This document shows positions 23,502-39,057 of a stretch of 64,000 bases of DNA, piece after piece. The stretch is from Eledone cirrhosa (Eukaryota). The position numbers and the translations under genes are program-made. The stretch spans positions 18,104,001 to 18,168,000 of the forward strand of contig OZ024743.1 in the NCBI GenBank assembly GCA_964016885.1. The letters run 5' to 3'. Under the pieces are notes generated by a model, which saw only the letters and a list, made by a program, of their open reading frames with translations, was not told the origin of the DNA and ran no database searches. Positions within the stretch are counted from its first letter, which is position 1. The number at the start of each line of letters is the position of its first letter.

Positions 23502-24083
23502 ATTATTATCATCATGTTCATCCTAATTCCTCTGTTCTCTTTGTTATACTCTGAATATTTGTGTCGTGTAGTATGTGTCCAATATGATGAATTACAGTAT
23601 TTTTCCTGGTGATGGTTTCATAAGTGCTACGCAAAATATGCTATGTGCTTTAGTGTCAAATGAGAATATTTGTGAGTATTGGCAAGCAGAATTGCGCTTT
23701 GCGCTATATGTGTAATGCGTGAAATAATTTCGGACAAATGTTTTGATGGTCGTATACAAAAATTCCGTTGATTTTTATATATCGTTTCCTAGTATTTCCA
23801 CAAATACATGCTTTATGATTCCGCTATATTAAATTTGTTTTTAAGCATTGATATGTTGCTTTCATTATCATTTTTTTCACCCCGTCATTTTTCGTGATTT
23901 ACGGAAGGAATACTTATATCGTGATTAATCATGATATAAATGTCCAAGTATAAGAAATATGTTCACGGTTAAAATATGATATGGGCTAATAACAGGTGAC
24001 TTGAATATATCTATGTCTATATATTATACGCCACCATTTCTAAAAAAAAACGGCTGCTGCCTCACACACCCAGTATGATATTA

Positions 24084-24129
24084 TATATATATATATATAT
24101 ACATATAAACACTCACACACACACACACT

Positions 24130-24213
<84 letters not shown>
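24084..24213. repeat. Compound (TA)n/(CA)n/(TG)n microsatellite
   Basis: Seen directly. Confidence 0.95.
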
Positions 24214-24214
<1 letters not shown>

Positions 24215-24319
24215 TCATTCCAAGACACGTGTAATTCAACAGAGAGACCTGGATAGTTACTTAGTTTTTGCGCCCGGTTTAACACAACCTTAAAGACTTA
24301 TTATATTGCTCTGAAGATG

Positions 24320-25100
24320 TTCAATACGCTATTGTAGTATTACTTATGTTTGTTATTAGCATCTGGTAGTCAATCTTTTTGCAAAATTTATGTAAATTCC
24401 TCCTATGATTGTCATACAGATTTAGCCTGAACCTATTTCTTGCGTTGTTAGAAATACTTAGGGCAATGTTCCTATAGTATTGCTTCTCGGGTGATGAAAC
24501 AGGCATACGTATTAATCGTTTGAAGATTGGCACACTTGTCTCCGCACCATAGTTGTGTCTAGATTCCAATATTATATCGTATTTGAATTGTGTTTCTGCG
24601 ATTGTATTATAAATGATATACCTTTTTATTGCTACCCAGCTTGAGAATAGATCAATTGGTGTGATATGTTGAGAGGAGTGGGGATTAGAACACCACCTAC
24701 ATATAACTCGTCTAGTTGTCTACCAGTGTCTATCCAATTCGCCAGATTAGTTGTTTACGTTGTGGCTTCTTAAACGCATTGTCTCTTATTATTCTCTAGA
24801 CCGTATGCCAATAACTGCCCATTTATTCCTATTGAATCGTATGTTACGGACTCGTGCAGTTGTGGGGATATGTGTAAAAGATTGGGGATAAAGGAATATT
24901 CATGTACACCAAGTGAAGTACGTTTGAATCATAGAAGTGTCTCGCTACACATATGCAAAATATCAGAAGAGTCTAGAACTTATGGATTGGCAACATTGTC
25001 AAATGATGCGTTACGCTGAGCCTACCGGCAGATTACACTTGTTTGAAATATGTCTGTAGAATGTTCAATCACGTATACAACAGTTTAAATACTTGATAGA
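24320..25100 (-). mobile_element. Heavily decayed LINE RT remnant
   Basis: The minus strand near 24700 reads ggtggtgttctaatccccactcctctcaacata, a degenerate GGVLSPLLFNI. A GINGQLL-like segment lies upstream. Boundaries are approximate. Confidence 0.35.
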
Positions 25101-27329
25101 ACAACAATAGCAATAATCGTCATATCTTTCATTGACCAGGCATTTACGCATATATGATGTCACATTTTAAACAAGAAAGCACAGAAAATGGGACAACAAA
25201 TAGTTATACACAAACAACATTTCAGAATTATATAAAGTGTATTTCCGTCTCTCGTGGCAGCTAGAAAGTGATATATGATACAGATTGATGTCCTGTCCAG
25301 TAATGTCAGTGAAATTATTCTTCATGAAATGAATAGCATAAGACACAATATTAGACATCATCTTAGTACTGAAACAGTGATTAAAATCACAGAAGAACCA
25401 AAACTTAGATAGACACTGCCAAACAATAATGATACTTGTATTCGTAACTCAGCGAATCTCATTAGTGTTTGTCAGACAAACTATAGCTACAAAAACAATG
25501 AACATTGACAGTTGTCCAAAAATGTCTAGTCACGAGCTGGAAGAAAAGAAAATTTAAATGCAGACGAAAACGTCAAATGAAAAGAAAAACAAATTTATGA
25601 ATACACTGAGGTACACGCCAAGAAAGAAACATGATAGAATATCAACAATACAGAGAAATAGAAAAGAGAACACTGAGGGCAAAAACCTGAAAGATGCTAA
25701 AAAGACAAAGAATTTAAAATGCATCCATAGAATATGTTTTCAATTCATCTACCCACATTTCTTTCTCAACTAATATAATCTCATGCTAAAATGTTTCGGA
25801 GATATCTATCTATCTTTCCCCCATGAAATTATTCAAAACCGCTTGGCATTATTGATTATCGTCCCTTTCGTGGAATGATTATTTGATCGTTTTTCAGTTA
25901 GTTATTATTCCTCATTTTGTTGCATTCACATTTATTTAATTGTATTATGTATTATGTTTTTATATTTGGTGTTGTCAAATAATATCAGAATGAAAAATAA
26001 CATAACCCCCACTTTCTTACAAATTAGCAACATAAGGTGCTATAAAAGTATATTGAAATATTGGTCTGATATATGTAATAATCTTCGGAATCTATTCTGA
26101 TAAATTCAAGGTATATTGTATAACAAATTACAAAAATGAATTTATATATCAGGTTAATATTCAAAACCCTGATAATAATGTTTATCAAAATAGACTCTCA
26201 CACGTACGTGTTTGTGACTGTTAAATGGTGTAAACAATCAATAATAAACGTATGTTGAATGGAGTAGGAAATAATATCATCTTATCAGAAGCCATATAAT
26301 CTATGGTTTCTCATGAATATATATTTACGCATACAAGAACCGTTACGCAAAATACATACTGATAAAAGTTAAAGATACAAGACTCAGAGATACTCAGTAT
26401 ATATCGGTAAAAGTCAGTCTACACAATTGTTGGGTAGTGACGCTATCATCGACGTAATTTAAAACGAAATGCTTCGATTCTATGCTACGCAATCGGTATT
26501 TAATTGCTACTGTTTACCAAGGTGGTAAGATTATATCACATTTATTCAGTCTAACAGCCATTTAATGTCAATTTGGTAAAGTATTATGCTTCTCTATCAC
26601 TATAAACTACATCGGTTTTCTGTTAGATAAAGTACCTTTACAATTTAATTTAACTTTCCTCGGAGAGTTAAGTTAATTTGAATGTGTTGTCGGTGATTAT
26701 AGTAATGACTGGTGATGCAAATGTGGAATATAGACGTATATCACATTTCCATTAATATTCACATGCATATTTGGGTAACTTGAACCACTTAATTAATATA
26801 TCGATTCTGAGAAGAACATGCCAACAAATGGTTAGATCAATTCATATTTCTGTGGAAACGCTAGAATATAATTTCAAACCATGACTCCAAGTTAATTCAT
26901 CAACGATGGAAGTATGGAATGTAAAGTTGAATTCAGTAACTGAATATTACAATGCGTTGTATTCAACGCCGTTATGAGCCCGCCATTTTCTAGCATATAT
27001 GCAATTATTTTAATGTTACATTTTGTGTAAATATAACAATTAACGCAAGATGAAACGATGAAGATTTATTTACTGTTATTTCCGCAATGGATTCACCAAT
27101 TGCAGTATGTATGTGCATTGAATGAATAATGCAGCACGTTTATTCTGGATTGGTTTTGACGTAGACTTCGAACAGCTGCATATGGTAAACAATATACAAG
27201 AAAAGTATGGAAACATTTATGTCCTTTTTCATTGTGGATTGGCTATTAGATATTGTTATGCTGATAAATAAGAGAAAGCTACTCATAGATGAGGTATGAT
27301 ATATCTCTCACTCGCTCACTCTTGCTCAT

Positions 27330-27373
27330 GCTCTCTCTCTCTTTCCATCTCTCTCTCTCTCACTCTCTCTCTT

Positions 27374-27409
<36 letters not shown>

Positions 27410-27440
27410 TTTATCTCTCTCACACACAGTATATATATAT
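27330..27440. repeat. (CT)n/(TA)n microsatellite
   Basis: Seen directly. Confidence 0.9.
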
Positions 27441-29209
27441 AAGAGGGATAAAACGATGAATATCATTTAAGATATTGATATTTCAGTAAATTTACAGGAA
27501 TTATGCGGAAAGACTTAAGGCGCAGGCAGATTATTTTCTTACTGATTATTGTGATTTTAAGCTCTATTTGGAGAAAAGTATATGATAAACTGGCTTTTCA
27601 ATAAAACAAAAAAAGTTTCTTTCAAATTTAATACTAAGATAATAATATACGTTTTATTGATATGGCTGACACTGTGAGAAATATCAACATTCCAAACGAT
27701 GTAAGGAGGTATTTTTACATATTTACATCTATTGAAATTCTTCATACATGGATTCTCCTTTTTAAGATTAGGTTTTCCATATGATAGAGAACTCTCAGGA
27801 ATATACCTCCAGAAGGTTACAAGTTACACTCCGGAACTGTCGATGAAAAATACACTCGAGTAAACATCTACATTAAATAGAATTGATACCTCGGTTAGCT
27901 GTTCAGCTTAGAGAAGATATCGATATTTTTTTATATGACTTCATATATCTGCCCATGATTATCAAATTAATTGAAATATAGAATTTATTTTTTCACAAGA
28001 AATAATAGCATGTTTAGTACAATGTCTCTGTGCTACATATATAAATTAATTTTTATTCACCTTTTTGTATATTTTAACAAGAACCATTAGAAATCATATT
28101 TAGCCTTAACCTATTTCTTCTAAATATACTACCAAATAGAAAATGTTAAACATCAATTTGGATATGTAATTACAAATTTAAAACATGGTTATAACCACCA
28201 AAAATATATTTTTAAACTAATGCTATTCAATTTCATTAACTTGTATATTTCTCTTAAAAGACGTTTCTGTTGAATGTTTATTTCGATTATTTAGGATTAT
28301 GTTAATTACGACAGCATCCATGGTCAAAACAGCAGTGGCATTAAAGATAATTGTTTAATGTTTAGAAATGTTTTTCGTCTTTGCATTATTAATTACTTGA
28401 ACATATCGATTAATATAGTTCGTGGAACTGATATTATTTATAACTGTTTACACTTAGATCATGAAAAGGATTTGTTTAGGTGTTGTCATCTACGGGCGTT
28501 GTTCGTTGTGACATTTTACAGAGATGATTCAAATGAAATGTCATTGTATGTTCCAGCTAGGATCGGTCTATACTATCTGAAAATGCCAAATTATGATTAA
28601 CATATCACTTTTCAAATATCACATTGAAAATATTTCAAATTTATGTCGGACAATTCTCTCAATTATACCAATATTATATTGCCAAAACACATTGTTTGTG
28701 TAGGGCTGAAAATATCCAGACCTGTTTCGTGAATGCGATTTGAATCTCATTCGTGATAACAATCTTAGGTAGCAGCTATTTGCATATTTAATCCAAAATA
28801 TTGCATTTGTACCGAAGCAGTTTTAACAAATTCATGTTGAAATGAATCAGCTGGCTTCTAGGTTTCGGTTTATTATACAATAATCCAGCTTATATGTTAT
28901 AACATTGAACAGCATGGAATATGATATTTCATAAGCGAGTCAAAACGTATGAAACTAAGAAAAAGTAACGCAAAATTTGTCATAGTCTTTAATTCTAGCT
29001 TAGATACTCTTATATGCATTCTTGTACTATATATATCTAGATCAACATACGTGGGAAATTATTGTATATCCTGATTTGTTTGTCAAAACTGTAAAGACAG
29101 CGTAGAATGTGCCAGGGTTAGATGTTTATATAATGTCAATATATAATTCAGCACTTGAAAAGATATCGGCCCATCTATCTATCTATATCTTTCTCCCCCC
29201 TTTTCTCTT

Positions 29210-29223
29210 TCTCTCTCTCTCTC

Positions 29224-29311
<88 letters not shown>
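29210..29311. repeat. (CT)n(AT)n compound microsatellite
   Basis: Seen directly. Confidence 0.95.
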
Positions 29312-29313
<2 letters not shown>

Positions 29314-30119
29314 AACGTTATTTCTGATAGAGACGAAAATAAGGTGTATTTGAATATTTGAATATAATAAAAATGAGAAGACCCATCGCTAGAACAGCCC
29401 TTATAAGGAATAAAGGTTGTCGCATAGGGAAGTGACCAGTGTTCATTGGTAAAGAGAATCAATTCACAAGGTGTGTGACAGGCATATGAAATATATAAAA
29501 TACTTGCAGAGGAGGAGAAGGGTAAGCGTACTGGTACAAAGAAGCGATGGAAGAATGAGACGAAGAAAAGCGATACACAAGACAACTTTACACACGCACA
29601 TCTTCAACCTTATTAACTCTGAAACCAGCAATATGCTTTTGCACGATTTCATTGAGTGTACCATTTGAAAACGGTGAACCGTGTAACAGAAAAGTAAATG
29701 CTTGTGGTGGTTTGATGTCTGTGTAATAAAACAAATATCAGAAATAAAATGATGGAATAGTTGACCTCACGCAGCAAAACGTATTACTCCAACAGTTTAT
29801 AGAAGCGACAAACATAAGAGAATTCTAAACAAAATTAAACAGAAAACATGAGTGTAAAACCAACAACATCGCACCTAGTAAATAAGGACAAAATAGAGAC
29901 ATAGAGAGACACACAATGACCAAAATAATAAAACAAACACCAGAAACAATTAGAACAACCAAACAACTATTGACAAATAAATAAATGGAACAATAAAGAA
30001 ATACAAACACATACAAACCCGGATATGACGCATGCGCGACCCAAGTACATTTAAAACAATATGCATTTGAGCACACGTTCTAAGACAAGCAAAGTTACAA
30101 AACAAATAAAAAAAGAAGC

Positions 30120-30121
<2 letters not shown>

Positions 30122-30157
<36 letters not shown>

Positions 30158-30197
30158 ACACATATACACACACCCACCCACACACACAGACACACAT

Positions 30198-30235
<38 letters not shown>
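30122..30235. repeat. (CA)n(TA)n microsatellite
   Basis: Seen directly. Confidence 0.95.
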
Positions 30236-32169
30236 GCACTGAATGCTATACTGTGATATCAGCCTCAAGGCACCTCGACTCAAACACCTTACTTTGACTG
30301 CTACAAGTTTTTAGTAAAGATAGCAGGGCATAAATATCAAGAGTCAGAATCGAATTAATGTGTTTATTATCGTAGGACGTGATTCACAGTTGATCAGGCT
30401 CAAAAGCATGTCACAATTAGATCATAATTCGGTGGTGATTATGCTGCTCTTCTTAATTATCACACTCCCCAGAGGACTCTATTCGTTGAATATCTGTGGT
30501 TCAAAGAAAATAATTTTATATTATCTAAAATGTGATATTCATGAGGAAGCAAACATCAAAATAAATATATTAAAATTAAAAATACATTAATAATAATACA
30601 TAAACCAAAATCAGATACATTTCGGAACAACCAACGTTGAACGTAGATCTGAAGTGAAATGGGGACAAAAATCTAAAATTAGAACGAAATTAATAAATAA
30701 CGTGTAAGGAATTATAGCTTACAAAACAGGTGGGGAAAAATACATACAATATTTTAGAATAAAAAATAAAAATTATGATAAGATGTTTCGCAGGAATCGT
30801 GAATGCATATAAATTATATAAAAACATATACGTAAAATAGATGGATAAATGATAAATAGACTATTAAATGTAAGTAAATATAAGTATATAAATAAATACT
30901 AGTGATTATAAAATAATAAATATAATGTATATGGCATCCTGTATAACCCAATGTCTATATGAGAAGGAAGAATATAAAATGAACGTAATTGTTGGAAATG
31001 AATAAAATCTCAAAACATTGATGATTGATTAAAATAAAAAGATGAATCTTAATATAAAACATAACATATAGCGAGTGAATGACCCTAGAAATAAAAGGAA
31101 AAGTAATGGAATAAAAGACAATACAAAAACAATGTTACCCAGTTAAATGATTACATAATTGGTTTTGATTAATAATTACCGTTGCAATTGAAATGGCAGA
31201 AGTTTAACACAGGAATAAAATGAGATTTCTTTGATTTTTCTTCTTACGAAATATGACTATACAGCCCTTGTAACTTTAAAATACCGCCAAAAAGCATTAC
31301 CTAAAATATGTGTTTCGATATGCATTGTAATGGTTGCTGTTGCAACCCCGTGGTTAACACGGCAACAACTTATTTTCTGTTTATGCAAAATGTTTGACAT
31401 TGAATTGCTGCTGTTTCATTATTAGCAGACATGGCAAAGGGGAGGTAGAGGACAATACCTGCTAAGTTCCGTGATAAGACACCTAGCGTTTACGCAAACA
31501 TTGGGAATACAATACAAGTACTAAATGGTCATGCATCTGTGTACAGCTGATGATGTGCTCAGTAAAGCGATGAGGTTAGCGAATATTACTAATGCGAAAT
31601 TATGTAGACATCATTGTTCTATATGTGTCCCAAATCCCATTGTTATAGCTTTAGTGGGTCAAGAATATACAGGGTGCGCTCTCAGAACCATGGCTTCCAG
31701 AGATACTAAAACACCCCGGTAGCACATATAAGCAAGTTGATCTTGTGCCTTACAATACTAAACGATGGAGAGTATTATGCAATACATCTCCAAAGTCAAC
31801 CTCTAACTAACATATAAGGCTACTAATATATTCTTCCATGGTGGGACACTTAACTGCAATGTTAACATATTGTATTAAACTAGCAGTGTATACAAGAAAC
31901 CTATTGCACAGCCCCACCATTCTATCAGAAATCCTAATGCTAAATAAACGTGAATATAGTTATTAATTTAAACTGATGTATACAAATTTCGGCATCATTC
32001 TGTATTGCAAAAATAGTAAAATCAACCAACTTGCAGAGTTATATATATTTATCAATATATTAATGGTCTGCTTTGACACTTAATGTTCTATTCACGCGCG
32101 CATCTCTATGTAGCTATCTGTCTACCTTCTCGCTCTTTACTTCTCTCTATAATTTCTCCTTTCTCTCTC

Positions 32170-32173
<4 letters not shown>

Positions 32174-32250
<77 letters not shown>
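32174..32250. repeat. (TA)n microsatellite
   Basis: Seen directly. Confidence 0.95.
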
Positions 32251-32253
<3 letters not shown>

Positions 32254-32850
32254 CTACATTCCAGAAAATAATTAGTTGAAAGTGATATTTTAGTAAGTAA
32301 GTTAATTTTATAATTTTCTTATTTTACGTCTCTCATATTATTGTTCTGCAACCCCATGCATTGAACCACAATGTTACTAAGACAAAACCTATATATTTGC
32401 TAGCAATGATATGCACCTGTATGTATATATATGTTACTAGATATTAATTCTTTATAATTATCTCCAAATTATTTGTCGAGCAATATTAGCCATGACTGCT
32501 GCTATGGTAGTAGGCAGGCCGCTGTCTTATTAGCAAACCGCTTTCCACTGATTGACCTCGATGTCACGTGATTGATTCTTTTTGAATTTGCCACTGACGC
32601 AGAGGCAGTGATTTTCTCAATGGCTAGGAATTCAGTCCACGCTTTGCTATTTCCTATCCACTGAATTATTTTTTAATAAGTTTCCAGAGTCCTCTCTTTG
32701 CCTGGTAACTTAGATGAGAATAGTCTTCCCTGACGACGGACTGTTTCTATATGTCTTCTTCGGAAAATATATTTACTCCATTCCAGAAACTAATTAGTTG
32801 GAAGTGATATTTTAGTAAGTAAGTTAATTTTATAATTTTCTTATCTTACG

Positions 32851-32860
<10 letters not shown>
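32250..32860. repeat. 89-bp direct repeats (32250-32338 and 32772-32860) flanking about 430 bp
   Basis: tttact(a/c)cattccagaaa...agtaagtaagttaattttataattttctta...acgtctctcatat occurs twice with a few substitutions. Confidence 0.9.
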
Positions 32861-32906
<46 letters not shown>

Positions 32907-32984
32907 CTATATATATATATATATGTGAGTGTGTGTGTGCATGTGTGTGTATTACATATGTATTACATGTGTATATATATATAA

Positions 32985-33019
<35 letters not shown>

Positions 33020-34282
33020 TGTGTGTGTGCATGTGTGTGTATTACGTGTTTCAGTCTTTGTACTGCGACAATGCTTGGCCAACCTCTTGAAACAACTTAG
33101 TATATTATAGCAATATAATTTATTTAGATTTTATGACTTATTATATTAATATTTCTGTTTTGGTGTAGCATTGATTTATTTGACGCCAATATAAATAGAG
33201 ACGCGGGCAAACATATATACATTTACACAAAATAAGGAAACCGATTTGATCTTATTATAATTATTTCCTACAAACCACCAATTTAAGAATCAGATTTAGT
33301 TTCTAACTAATAGTTATTAGGAATATAATATTCACAGTTAATATGAATATCAGAATCTCCAGCGAAGTGTAACCTGTATTACAATATTTTAAAATTTCGG
33401 ATATAGTAAACCATTGCAAACAATACAAAATCCAACACAGAATAAGGCTAAATTTTCTTTAATACATAGTTTAATTAGTAGTCTATTAGCACAAAAAGTA
33501 CATAAATAACGCCTTCTTCCATATACATTGCGATACACAAACTTAAGATTTGTAACTTTTTTATTTTGCAATATAAAAAGTATATATACTAAATTATATA
33601 CTTTAACAATTCAATTTAGGATAATTATGTTTTTATGATGGTTTGCTTTTCTAAATGTAATGTTGGGCAGTAATGATAATCTGCTCTGTATCATTCGCAC
33701 AGGCCGGTCCTTTCTGATGTTAATAGCCACGAACTAATTCAGCTGATGCAAATGCTAACGTATGAATGAGGGAATTGTTTATATGCGATATTTTATGAAC
33801 TCTGGTCATCGAATTATTAGATTATTCAGGGAAACTTAACAAAATCTAGAGAAGTTCAGTAAAAAGAAGAATATATGACTAGATATGTTTATTATTCAAG
33901 GATCAATTAATCTTAAATATGTCTTGGCATATCTGTAGATATTTCTAAATTTGTGCCTCAAAATTTCCCAAGCCCTCTTGAATATTTGCTGAAAATATTA
34001 TTAAATTGTTTTTGTTTTTTTTCTTCATTTTCGTAGTTTTTAGAGAGTTTGTTTCAAAATATTACTTAAACATTTTCTTGAATTTTTTCCAAACTAATTT
34101 TAAACATATGTCACAAAATGTTAACATTTTTAATTAAAAGTTTTCAAACATTTCTTCGGAATTTGCTCAAGCATTAAAGAAAAAGAATTCTATATATTTT
34201 CCTCAAAATATGTGAACAAAATAATTTCACAATAAGATTGAAAATTATTTCAACATTTTCCCCGAAATTTATTAAATTTATT

Positions 34283-35045
34283 AATCCGATGCCCACATTG
34301 AATAGTTTTGATTTAGTACCAATTATCTGAACATAAATACTTGGGAATTCGTATAGGTACATCAGTTCAGGAAGAAGCTCAACCTTTATCCAATACTCGT
34401 GTACAGCCTTCCACGGCACATCTCAAGGAACGTGGTAATATACAGTTCCAGCAAGCGAGCGTAATGTATATTCTCTTATTCATTTTATCATGAAGAGGAG
34501 TGTCATGTACAACAGGGTTGACAGATATATACACGACTAATGGTTGTAAAATAAGTCAACTGGAATTTTCATACTTGTACTTGAAAAGATTGATGCCGAG
34601 TGTTGCATGGCTGGAAGAAAAATCTGTGCTGCGAAAACTGAGACACTTGTCCTTAGAAGGGAGCTTGAATGTGTACTTTACATGTGAATCGAGTTTTACT
34701 GAAACAGTGGGACGCAGAAGTCGTCTTAATTAAGTGCAATAATTTCATGAGCTGGAGATAATGTACCAGCTGAAGTTTCGGTAAACAGAAGGGAAGTTGC
34801 TGCAAAATCCAAACACGTTATAATCAATTCTTTATTCGTGTCCGTCCTAAACTATGGTGATGAATCTTGGGTAATGATCACATATTTTACGGCAATAACA
34901 ACCGGCAATAGACATAGGATTAGACCCCGGTCAAGATATTTGATCCATGGGCTTCGCTGCTCACTTTTGGAGATTCATCCGGATCAGTTGAAAACGCTTT
35001 CGTATGATAGTAGCCGCTGAAAGAGATGATTAAGGACTCACCATT
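34283..35045. mobile_element. Decayed RTE-like LINE fragment with an inverted 5' segment, set in AT-rich low-complexity DNA
   Basis: Minus strand 34283-34420: WKAVHEY...VQIIGTKSKLFNVGIGL. Plus strand from ~34450: degenerate RQG..LLF, NGCKISQLEF, VLNYGDESWVM. Confidence 0.5.
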
Positions 35046-37157
35046 CATTCTGGATAATGTTTGAAATTTAGTTTTCAATATCATTTTCAAATTATTCCTG
35101 GTATTTTATTTCAAAATTCCTTTCAAATGTTTGTTCAAAATTAAAAATATATGTATATTGCAGCATTCTATAAAATAATTTCCTGAATGTTTTTCAAAAT
35201 ATTTCTTAATAATTTTGCCAAAGATTTTCTAATTTTTATTGAAATAATCTTGATAAATATCTTCCTATATTTAAAACAAATTTTACATTTTTCAAAATTT
35301 TGGAAAATGATTTCTCAATATGTTTCTGATATTATTTTCGGTTATTTACCACAATATTCATTTTCCTCAATATTTCTGCTGAGATTCGCTCAAAATCGAT
35401 TGATTTTTACATTTCACAAACTATTATGTTCATGCTTTTCAAAATTATCTCTGAAGCTTTAATATTTTTAATTTTATTTCAATATTAGTTAACGAATTTA
35501 TTTCAATAACGAAAAAGTTAATAACAATTCAACATTTGAATTGCAGAGAAATGATTTCTAATATTTTTCCAAAAGCATTTTCAGAAGTATTCATCAAATT
35601 ATTCTGATAGTTTTTTCTGGAAAATTGAGCAAATTTTCTTTAAAATATTTCCACAATAATGTATTTAACGTTTTTCACCTGGGTTTTCAAAATTCTCCTC
35701 GAATATTTTCATAACATTATTCAAATATTTTTCTCGAAATATCTTTTTAATTTGTCTCAAATATAATTTTCCGGTTTGTTTTACACTTTCTTCATTGTGT
35801 TTTTTAAAGTGTGTTTTGCAAACAATTATAAAAACAATTTTCTATGTGCATTTCCAAAGGTTTTCCACATGATTTCTTTCAAAATATTCTGTAGACGTTT
35901 TAGTTTTCCTCACAGTCTTTTAAAAAATCTTCATCAAAGTTTTCTCAGAAATATCTTCTATATAGAGTTTAGAATATTTTAGAAATATTTAAAAAATATT
36001 GTTTGAAATATTTCTTAAGCCTCTGCGTTAAAACATCTCGTAGTAGAATAATTAAACGTGCATATTGTGACCTAGCTTCTAATGACAGCCAATGTTTTCA
36101 TTTTATGTCTATAATATAACTATTTATTGCTCTTTCCAATGAGAATTACTCAGAAAGAATAAGACAATTGTTACTTAAATATGACAATTACCATATGTAT
36201 TTTACAATTTGACCATAACCACTTATTGATAACGTATTAATTATTTATTTTGCAAATATCTAATTGTATTTGATACTAACAAAATATGTGTACAATTAAT
36301 ATATACACATCACATTTTGAAACATATTTCCAGCTTTGTCTATATGCTGCTAACTTTATACTCCCTATGTCAAATGAAAAATATGTTTTCAAATGATGGA
36401 TTTACTAATTAGTATGATTGATATTAATGTTATTATGTAAGTAACGCCAACATTATTTCTGCTATAATCCACATATCTTATAACTTAATCTCTATCTTTA
36501 TTAACAGAGCTACGATTAGAGAGCTTTTGTAAGTGGTGTAAAACGAGTGTTATGCAGACAGTTTCACTGTTTACAGCTAAGTGGTAAAAGTTCTGATTTT
36601 ATATTCGGTGGACAAGAGATAGCTGTAGGCTCTAAATTTTGATTTTTACGCCGGCATATACGGTATGTACTCATACATATATATTTATATATATATATAT
36701 ACGTGAATGGGGAATCAAATAGAAATCGAATGCATTCAGTGCAATATTACTTTTCTTAATTATGTTTAATATCATTTAATATAATCAAATACTTATATTT
36801 CAAATGAGTATTTCGAACAAATTTGCAGTAAAGATCATAGATCTTTCGTTATGTATAATTATAAATATCTGTGACAATAGGAGCGAAAACCTGTGTATTT
36901 GTGTATTGATTTCTGCGATAAAAAATAAGAAAGTTTCATTTTCAATTATTGTATGTTTGCTAATGTTGACCGCGTAAAAGAGGCAATTGTGTGTATTTGT
37001 TCTACAATTACATTTTAATCACAAGTTTTACTGTAAAACTATCTCTACGTGTTTATGCCGTACAATACTGGATGCGTCGGATGGATAAAATTACGAAGAA
37101 AATATTCAGAAACTTAAAAATGACTTGTAATTGAAAGGACAAATATTTAATCATGTA

Positions 37158-37160
<3 letters not shown>

Positions 37161-37203
<43 letters not shown>

Positions 37204-37205
37204 GA

Positions 37206-37292
<87 letters not shown>
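37161..37292. repeat. (TA)n(GA)n compound microsatellite
   Basis: Seen directly. Confidence 0.95.
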
Positions 37293-37293
<1 letters not shown>

Positions 37294-37512
37294 AGGAGAA
37301 AGTTAGATTCAAAAGAGTTGGAGTTGCAGCATATGTACAAAATTTATTTGCATATTGCATTTGTTTCTATAAAGAGCAGATCAGGTTACAATCAAGATAT
37401 CGGGTTCTGATCACTTTTCGTTTATCTCCTCAGACATTCGAGCTTATATATGAACAGTCTTAAATCTAGACCAACTTTACTCCAGCATCCCCTCCAAACA
37501 CAAAAATAAGTC

Positions 37513-37602
37513 TATATATATATATAGATCATTATATATATATATAGACCATTATATATATATAGACCACTATATATATATATATATATATATATAGACC
37601 AC
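37513..37602. repeat. Tandem repeat with unit (TA)n-GACCA(T/C), 4 units
   Basis: Seen directly. Confidence 0.8.
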
Positions 37603-39011
37603 TGTCAACAGCTAAGATGTATCATTGCACATATAAGCTCGCATATCACACACGTTCTCGAAAATGCGTCGGGCCCCTTCACGTTTATTGTAATCTGAGC
37701 TGATCGACATCGAATCAATTGCAGTATGCCAAAAACGTTTGTACATGTTATGCTGCAACATTGACTTCGACTAGTTTCATATTATTTAATATCACCACTT
37801 TACTGCCGTAATAAAACCATCGTATCACTCAATAATAAGAAAACAGAATTGAAATATGGAATATACTCTCATGTATATACGACACCGGTCGTTGTATGGG
37901 CAGGAGAAAAACATGGAAATGTAAAAAGTTCAAGAATTTCCTTCAGAATTGTAGAAATATGGGGACTTTTGAAAACGGTTGACTATAAGAAATACGTAAA
38001 GTCTGCATCCATTACGGCTTGCAAGAATACATATTCGCATATTATTTACATGGGTGTGTCATCATCACCTTATATATAAATATAAAAATTCCCCCTATGA
38101 ATCTACCGCTTGACAATTACTCTTACATATATGAATGGCCAATCTTAAACCATACCATCAAAGATCATCAGACCCTACATACAATGCACTGAAGCCGTAT
38201 ATATGTTCAAGCAACACCGAGCTAACCTTAGAGAACAAAGTAAGTTAGTGCATAATTCATTCACAATTTGAACAGAAAAGCTGCGGGAAAGGCTATTTTG
38301 TCGAAAAATCCCATTCACAATTCTTGAACAAATTTATCAAAAACAGGTATGACAATTCGACTAGTTAACATCTATGTAAATGAGAGCAGTGCATGAAGTC
38401 CCACATCTATACTAATGTTCAGAGAACTATGCTCGTAAGTACATAAAAGACAATGAATTTGATAGAATATACATTATCTAACGTAAAGATACACCTGCGT
38501 AATCATACGGGATCACATTCTCCACCAGGCATATTTCTTCAGATGAATCGGCAAAGTTCATTTGACAGGTTTAAGCAAATACAGGCTTTACATCTGTCTG
38601 GTCTGGACGTCAATTTCGGAAAAACATGACATACTTAAACAGCTCGTATTCAGAATAACTATTACTATACTGAGACTAATGAGGCGAATATAGTGCTAAA
38701 GAGATGTATATGTATGAGAGAAAAATATTGATAATGCAATGACCAATGAAGAGAGACATGTAAAAGTTATATCTAGTTAAAACAAAGAAGCCTATAATTT
38801 ACTTACATATTCAATACCATTTTTAACTGCAGGTTATCTCACAATATCAATGGAGAATTCACCCATAACCATGTCTATTTTCAACCAAATATTCTAGTAT
38901 CAAGTGATTCGAAACTCGTAGAAACTGCGGAAAACGATAATGCAAAAAATAATTATGGACACATTTAATTTCTAGCAAATATTTTCACAAATACATTACA
39001 CGTTTAAGATT

Positions 39012-39057
39012 TATATGTATGTATATGTATATATATGTATGTATATATGTATATATG

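Noticed and set aside
33940-36010. CRISPR-like or satellite array in the AAAATATTT-rich region (also 47280-47640)
   Set aside because: There is no fixed repeat unit or spacer periodicity; it is low-complexity sequence in a eukaryotic context.
38050-38700. Possible decayed LINE RT on the plus strand
   Set aside because: Only vague KAF...H-like similarity, too degraded to support a call.
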